From Vibrio alginolyticus NBRC 15630 = ATCC 17749 (GTDB lineage Bacteria; Pseudomonadota; Gammaproteobacteria; Enterobacterales; Vibrionaceae), in assembly GCF_000354175.2 (NCBI RefSeq), contig NC_022359.1, positions 1,770,001-1,802,000 of the forward strand: 32,000 bases of DNA. Direction: 5' to 3'. A program made the translations under genes and the position numbers. The stretch's first letter is position 1. Every line of letters starts with the position of its first letter. Below the pieces are notes generated by a model, which worked only from the letters and a program-made list of their open reading frames with translations, had not been told where the DNA came from and did no database searches. This document shows positions 27,285 through 32,000 of this stretch, piece after piece.

Positions 27285-27435
27285 CCCTAATTCGCTAGAG
27301 TAAAGTCACTAGGGTTAAACTCGAATAGATCCTTTATAGGTAATCGCTTACTAAGCGGGAAATAACAATTCCATTTCATATTGATTAAGTTGAAAACGGA
27401 ACCTATATCGGTTCAATTTAAATAGTTTATTTATA

Positions 27436-27466
27436 AGAACTAAAACGGCCCAAACATAGGGCCGTT
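27436..27466 (-). terminator. Terminator after the gntP end of the acid-sugar operon
   Basis: 8-bp stem AACGGCCC (27444-27451) / GGGCCGTT (27459-27466) with loop AAACATA. On the minus strand it is followed by TTTTAGTT. Confidence 0.8.
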
Positions 27467-27550
27467 CATATTATTAAAAAACTCTAAACTATCTGATAAA
27501 AATACATATTGTGATAGGTTTTTACTTTATGGAAGAGTACAAGTAAACCT

Positions 27551-29044
27551 TTATACCTCTTGTAATTCGACGTGCTTAGCGCTGTAAGATTTTGTAAATG
27601 CAACACACCCCAAAAGTACAGCAAGTGGTAACACAGGATCAAAGATTGAACCATGAGATCCGAAGAATAAGTTAAGAATCATGACTAATGAACCACCAAT
27701 AGCCCAAGCAATTGTTGTTGGAATAGTCCAAATAATGAGTTGTTTCTTAACCTCAGTCACCCCCATTAGTCGATTAACAATATGGAATAGCGAGTCATTA
27801 AAGTAGCCAGCAAATAGAGATCCCATCGTAGCTGCCGTCGCTGCGAATAAAAGGTTAACGTCAGGAATATTTACTAAAACTGGGGCAGATATAGAAGCAG
27901 CGGTTATCATGGAGACTGTACCAGAGCCCTGAATAATACGAACTAACGTCGCAATAATAAATGGAATCATAACCGCAGAAATAGGAAGCCCTGCAACTTG
28001 GTTAGCAATCTCTGCGCCCGCACCCGTTTCACGCAATACGGCACCTAACGCGCCACCAGCTCCTGTTACTAACAAAATGATGCCACAAGTGGAGATTCCT
28101 TGTTCCATCTTTTCATTCGCTTCTTCTTTGGTAAGGTTATTACCCAAAGTGTAAACCGCTAATAACGTCGCTATTGATAGTGCAATAGTAGGGCTGCCGA
28201 TAAAAGCGATAAATTGACCAAATGTTGTTGCAGTCAGCCCTTCGAAACCGAAAGTCCCCTCTAATAAACCCATCACTGATTTCGCAAGTATAAGTAAAAT
28301 AGGGATAATAATTGGAGCGATAGATTTACTTAAAGATGGTAGGTCTTTCGCTTCTTTACTTGCAATGTACTCTTTGTGATCATTAATCAGTTGCTCACTA
28401 GACTTCGAGAAATGTTCGGTTGGAATGAATTCAGGAAACTGTTTTTCTAACCATCTTGCATACCAAACAATACCCATGACACAAGGCGCTGCGATCATCA
28501 AACCAAAACCTAACATGCTGGCAAGATCGACACCAAAGATACCAGCAACTCCCAAAGGCCCTGGAGTCGGCGGAATAGCGTGATGCGCTACGACCAAGCC
28601 GCCCGCCAGAGCAACCGTAAGCGTTAAAATCGAGCGATTAGACGTTTTTGACAAAGACTTCGCTATTGGATAAAGAATGATAAGCGCGCTATCCACAAAG
28701 ATTGGGATGCTAACAATATAGCCAGTTACAGCAAGAGCGGCCTCTTCTTTCTTTTTTCCTAACCACTTTATAAAATTATAGGCAATACTTTCTCCTGCTC
28801 CAGAAGCCTCTAAAATAGCCCCCATCATAACGCCGAGACCGATGACAATCCCTATACCGCCTAATGTTCCACCAAATCCTTTGCTAACGGTCGCAATCGT
28901 GTCGTCAACACTTAACCCACCAATAATACCTGCGATACATGCCGCAATTAACATCGCAATTAACACATGTACTTTTGTACGTAATACAAGAAAAACAAGG
29001 ACTGATACGGCTACTATTAGTCCAATTACTGAGGTTGGTAACAT
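27551..29044 (-). CDS. GntP-family (gluconate:H+ symporter family) acid-sugar permease
   Basis: 497 aa and polytopic. The N-terminal region ...GGTLGGIGIVIGLGVMMGAILEASGAGESIA... is typical of GntP transporters. Its ATG overlaps the denD stop (TAATG). Confidence 0.9.
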   Translation of the reverse strand: MLPTSVIGLIVAVSVLVFLVLRTKVHVLIAMLIAACIAGIIGGLSVDDTIATVSKGFGGTLGGIGIVIGLGVMMGAILEASGAGESIAYNFIKWLGKKKEEAALAVTGYIVSIPIFVDSALIILYPIAKSLSKTSNRSILTLTVALAGGLVVAHHAIPPTPGPLGVAGIFGVDLASMLGFGLMIAAPCVMGIVWYARWLEKQFPEFIPTEHFSKSSEQLINDHKEYIASKEAKDLPSLSKSIAPIIIPILLILAKSVMGLLEGTFGFEGLTATTFGQFIAFIGSPTIALSIATLLAVYTLGNNLTKEEANEKMEQGISTCGIILLVTGAGGALGAVLRETGAGAEIANQVAGLPISAVMIPFIIATLVRIIQGSGTVSMITAASISAPVLVNIPDVNLLFAATAATMGSLFAGYFNDSLFHIVNRLMGVTEVKKQLIIWTIPTTIAWAIGGSLVMILNLFFGSHGSIFDPVLPLAVLLGCVAFTKSYSAKHVELQEV

Positions 29045-30003
29045 TAGACAATCTCCATATTGTTAACAGAAATAAATTGTTGTAATACATCCTTGAAATT
29101 ACTGTCTGCTTTAAATCCAAGCTCCAGTTCTTTAGTACAATCAATTTTTTGTGGCCAACTACTCACAATACGATCAATACCCGCATCATGCTCATAGGTA
29201 ATATAATTAGAAAGTTGTTTACCCATTAGAGTGTCCATTGTTTGAATCATCTCAGCTGGTGTAGTTTGAATACCAGGTAAATTAAGCGTTCTATAGGACA
29301 GATTATTTAACTGCTCATAAGGCATTAGCCCTGCATATTGAATATTGTCCACCACTCTAGACGGGCTCGATATCCAAAGTTTTAGCGTAGGGTCTACAGG
29401 ACAATTTGATTCTTGAGCATTCAAAGGCTCACGAATAATTCCGCTTACGAAAGAACTAGCGGCAAGGTTTGGTTTCCCAGGGCGAATACAAATAGTCGGT
29501 AAACGTACGGATACAGCTTTAACAAAGCCTTTACGGGCATAGTCGTTAACCAATAATTCACCTATGGCTTTTTGCGTCCCGTAGGATGACTGAGGATGAA
29601 GAGCTGTTATTGGTGTAATCGTTTCCGGAAGATCACCACCAAATACAGCTAAAGATGAAGCAAACGTAAAACGAATATTAGGGTTTACTTTACGGCAACG
29701 CTCAAGCAATAACTGTGTGGTCGTCAGGTTTACAGCTACGCCTAAATCAAAATCTTGCTCAGCATGGCTCGATACAATTGCCGCTAAATGAAAAATGTGT
29801 GTCGTTTCGGCAGTAATAACTTGGTCTATATTTTCTCGCTTTGTCATATCCATGACTAAAGAAACGACTCGGTCATCAATGCCCTCTAAGCGCGACTTTT
29901 GAATGTCGACAATAGTAATACTTTCAGCTTTGTTTTCTTTTAGTAGTGATTTGGCAAGTAGGGTTCCGAGAAAACCCGCCCCTCCAGTTATGATAATATT
30001 CAT
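29044..30003 (-). CDS. denD: NAD-dependent epimerase/dehydratase-family dehydrogenase, probable D-erythronate 2-dehydrogenase
   Basis: The Rossmann N-terminus is MNIIITGGAGFLG. The SDR-extended family fits, and the genomic context with otnK/otnC/otnI matches the published four-carbon acid-sugar pathway. The ATG at 30003 (AAGGG SD 8 nt upstream) is preferred to the GTG at 30009. Confidence 0.72.
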   Translation of the reverse strand: MNIIITGGAGFLGTLLAKSLLKENKAESITIVDIQKSRLEGIDDRVVSLVMDMTKRENIDQVITAETTHIFHLAAIVSSHAEQDFDLGVAVNLTTTQLLLERCRKVNPNIRFTFASSLAVFGGDLPETITPITALHPQSSYGTQKAIGELLVNDYARKGFVKAVSVRLPTICIRPGKPNLAASSFVSGIIREPLNAQESNCPVDPTLKLWISSPSRVVDNIQYAGLMPYEQLNNLSYRTLNLPGIQTTPAEMIQTMDTLMGKQLSNYITYEHDAGIDRIVSSWPQKIDCTKELELGFKADSNFKDVLQQFISVNNMEIV

Positions 30004-30064
30004 AGTCACGACCCTTTGTTTTTGTAATTGGTTTCAAGTTATTTATGGATAGAAATTAAAATTG

Positions 30065-30841
30065 TTATAGGTATGGTTTAACCCAACTAAGGCCCAGCTG
30101 CGTGCTATGCCTTGGGTTGTATTCACAACCGATCCAGCCTTGGTAACCAGAGTCATCCAAAACATTGAATAGGTGTGGGTAATTCAGTTCGCCTTCCGAT
30201 GGTTCGTGCCTTTCAGGCACAGAAGCAATTTGAATATGGCCTGTGTATGGCGCCACATCGCGAATCAACGTACTCAGATCACCGTCCATAATTTGTGCGT
30301 GATAGAGATCGATCTGCAATTTCACGTTTGGACGAGCCACTTGTTTGATGAGTTCCACCGCTTCACGTTGATGTGCAACAAAGTAGTTCGGTACATCGCG
30401 ATTGTTGAGTGGCTCAATCATCAGCTCAACACCTTGTTCGGCAAACTTATCCGCTGCATAACGAATGTTTGAGATAAAGGTTTCAATATGCTGATCACGA
30501 GTGAAGCGTGAATCAACAATGCCAGGCATAGCGTGAACCTTTTTACAGTTCAGTGCCTTGGCGTACATCAGCGCAGTCTCGACGCTCGTTTTAAATTCAT
30601 CCTCACGCCCCGGAATAGCTGCAAAACCTCGTTCACCTGCATCCCAATCACCTGGAGGCATGTTGAATAACGCTTGCTCAAAACCAAACTGCTGTATCTT
30701 GCTTGCTAGTTCTTGCGCTTCGAATGCGTATGGGAAAAGGTATTCCACCGCTTTGAAGCCCGCTTGGTGTGCTTTTTCGAAACGATCTAGAAAAGGAACT
30801 TCTGTGAATAACATTGTCAGATTTGCCGCGAATTTAGCCAT
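30065..30841 (-). CDS. otnI: Hydroxypyruvate-isomerase-family TIM-barrel protein, probable 2-oxo-tetronate isomerase
   Basis: 258 aa. It is Hyi/xylose-isomerase-like (MAKFAANLTMLFTEVPFLDRFEKAHQAGFKAVE...GHIQIA...GWIGCEY). Its start overlaps the otnC stop (TAATG). Confidence 0.8.
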   Translation of the reverse strand: MAKFAANLTMLFTEVPFLDRFEKAHQAGFKAVEYLFPYAFEAQELASKIQQFGFEQALFNMPPGDWDAGERGFAAIPGREDEFKTSVETALMYAKALNCKKVHAMPGIVDSRFTRDQHIETFISNIRYAADKFAEQGVELMIEPLNNRDVPNYFVAHQREAVELIKQVARPNVKLQIDLYHAQIMDGDLSTLIRDVAPYTGHIQIASVPERHEPSEGELNYPHLFNVLDDSGYQGWIGCEYNPRHSTQLGLSWVKPYL

Positions 30842-31488
30842 TACTTACCTCTCCCTTTTAGGTCTTGAATCTCAGTATCCGTTAAGTAGCGGATGTTGCT
30901 GTCTTTAAGAATGAACGCTAGCTTCGCTGTCTCTTCTAGCTCTTCTGCGTTATCCACTGCATCTTCAAAGTCCGTACCCGTGATCACTGGACCATGGTTC
31001 GCCAGGAGGAAAGCTCTGTAGTCACTAGCCCGCTGCGCAAGTTCTTCAGCAATCTGAGGGTCGCCCGGGCGCAGGTACGGAATCACTGGCAGTTCGCCAA
31101 TGCGCATTACAAAGTAAGGTGTGAAAGCTTTGATGGCATTCTCGCGGTCTAGACCTTCAAGACAAGAAAGCGCCGTCAAGTAAGTAGAATGCAGATGCAC
31201 AATCGCATTACACTTTGAGTTATTTCGATAAATCGCCAGATGAAAAGCCACTTCTTTTGATGGCTTTTCACCAGAGATATGGTTGCCATCAATATCCACA
31301 ACCGAAAGCTCTTCAGCAATCAAGCGGCCGAACGAAGAACCAGTTGGCGTTGCCAGAAAGTGTCCATTAGGCAGTTTTAGAGAAAGGTTGCCAGCGCCGC
31401 CAGTCGCATAGCCACGTTCAAACATAGAGCGCGCCATAGTGACCATTTGCTCTCGCAGTTGTTGTTCTGTCATCAATTCTTTATTCAT
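30841..31488 (-). CDS. otnC: Class II aldolase/adducin-family protein, probable 3-oxo-tetronate 4-phosphate decarboxylase
   Basis: 215 aa with class II aldolase motifs (GGAGNLS, HLHS metal-binding His, ANHGPV). A GAGG SD lies 5 nt before the ATG at 31488; the ORF-track start is a GTG at 31491. It sits between the DUF1537 kinase and the isomerase. Confidence 0.8.
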   Translation of the reverse strand: MNKELMTEQQLREQMVTMARSMFERGYATGGAGNLSLKLPNGHFLATPTGSSFGRLIAEELSVVDIDGNHISGEKPSKEVAFHLAIYRNNSKCNAIVHLHSTYLTALSCLEGLDRENAIKAFTPYFVMRIGELPVIPYLRPGDPQIAEELAQRASDYRAFLLANHGPVITGTDFEDAVDNAEELEETAKLAFILKDSNIRYLTDTEIQDLKGRGK

Positions 31489-31499
31489 CACAACCTCAC

Positions 31500-32000
31500 C
31501 TATTCAAAAAACGACTGTGCTTTGGCAAAGAAGTGTTCATCGCCGAAGTTGCCCGATTTCAGAGCCAAAGAAAGCTCGCCTTCAAGTGACTTCACCCAAG
31601 GTACACCTGGTGCGATTTGAGGACCAATATGAAAACCTTTTACGGCTAGGCTTTGGGTTACAACCCCTGAGGTTTCCCCACCCGCAACGATGAAATTTTT
31701 CACACCGTGCTGCTGAAGTTTGATTGCAAGTTGGCTAAAGAATTGTTCAACCGCGTGACTTGAAGCATGCGCGCCAAACTCTTGTTGAATCGCTTTTAAC
31801 GCCGCTGCATCTGCGGTTGCGTAAACCAGTGGTGCGAACTCGCTTTCGATGTTGGTCATGACCCAATCAAACACTTGATTTGAGTAGTCTTCTTCCGTCA
31901 GACACGCCTTCACATCAATAGCAAAGTGTGGCGCTTTTTCTTTGTAAACAGCGACCTGTTGGTTGGTCATGACAGAACAAGATCCAGATAACACAACGGT
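31500..32000 (-). CDS. otnK: DUF1537-family four-carbon acid-sugar kinase, C-terminal part (gene continues beyond window end), probable 3-oxo-tetronate kinase
   Basis: The frame is open to the window edge. The C-terminal nucleotide-binding domain has the GSCSVMTNQQV and IVAGGETSG motifs characteristic of DUF1537 kinases. The operon context supports the call. Confidence 0.8.
   Translation of the reverse strand, partial: TVVLSGSCSVMTNQQVAVYKEKAPHFAIDVKACLTEEDYSNQVFDWVMTNIESEFAPLVYATADAAALKAIQQEFGAHASSHAVEQFFSQLAIKLQQHGVKNFIVAGGETSGVVTQSLAVKGFHIGPQIAPGVPWVKSLEGELSLALKSGNFGDEHFFAKAQSFFE

Noticed and set aside
1-32000. A search for CRISPR repeats, integron attC sites, IS inverted repeats, integrase/transposase/phage genes, tRNA or rRNA, and toxin-antitoxin or defence-system signatures.
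   Set aside because: I found no regularly spaced direct repeats, no recombinase-like ORFs and no tRNA-like cloverleaf candidates. The only TA-like two-small-gene layout (13564-14041) lacks recognisable toxin or antitoxin motifs and is reported as an unknown module instead.

Overview
This is a densely coding 32-kb segment that looks like a Vibrio chromosome, probably a chromosome-2-style accessory region. The organism call rests only on remembered protein families, such as the M9 collagenase with PPC domains and the RND pumps. I found no rRNA, tRNA, CRISPR array, transposase, integrase or phage genes.

Gene order:
- truncated signal-peptide protein gene (-)
- RND efflux pair, adaptor plus permease (-)
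- small beta-barrel outer-membrane protein (-)
- periplasmic prolyl oligopeptidase (-)
- ABC-F ATPase (-)
- Usp (+)
- kefG-kefB K+ efflux (+)
- two overlapping small unknown ORFs (-), divergent from an ArsR-family regulator (+)
- cytoplasmic GH13 alpha-amylase (-)
- MerR regulator plus carboxymuconolactone-decarboxylase-family gene (+)
- 76-aa ORF (-)
- M9 collagenase (-)
- unknown membrane protein (+)
- stand-alone accD-like gene (-), divergent from a LysR regulator (+)
- Cache-type chemoreceptor (-)
- rcnA (-) / rcnR (+) nickel-cobalt module with textbook operators
- gntP-denD-otnI-otnC-otnK acid-sugar (D-erythronate type) catabolic operon (-), running off the window end

Nothing resembles a known defence or mobile system. 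The most interesting items are:
1. A divergent, LysR-paired orphan AccD paralogue with substitutions in normally invariant carboxyltransferase motifs. It may be an inhibitor-insensitive target replacement.
2. An ArsR with a C-terminal CC-x3-C site that faces only two overlapping small ORFs of unknown family.
3. A mer-like 19-bp-spacer promoter with a perfect palindrome, sitting on the stop codon of a cysteine-free minimal MerR.
4. An extra ABC-F with a long linker and a long leader.

Several ORF-track starts (TTG/GTG) were moved to downstream ATGs that have better Shine-Dalgarno sequences.
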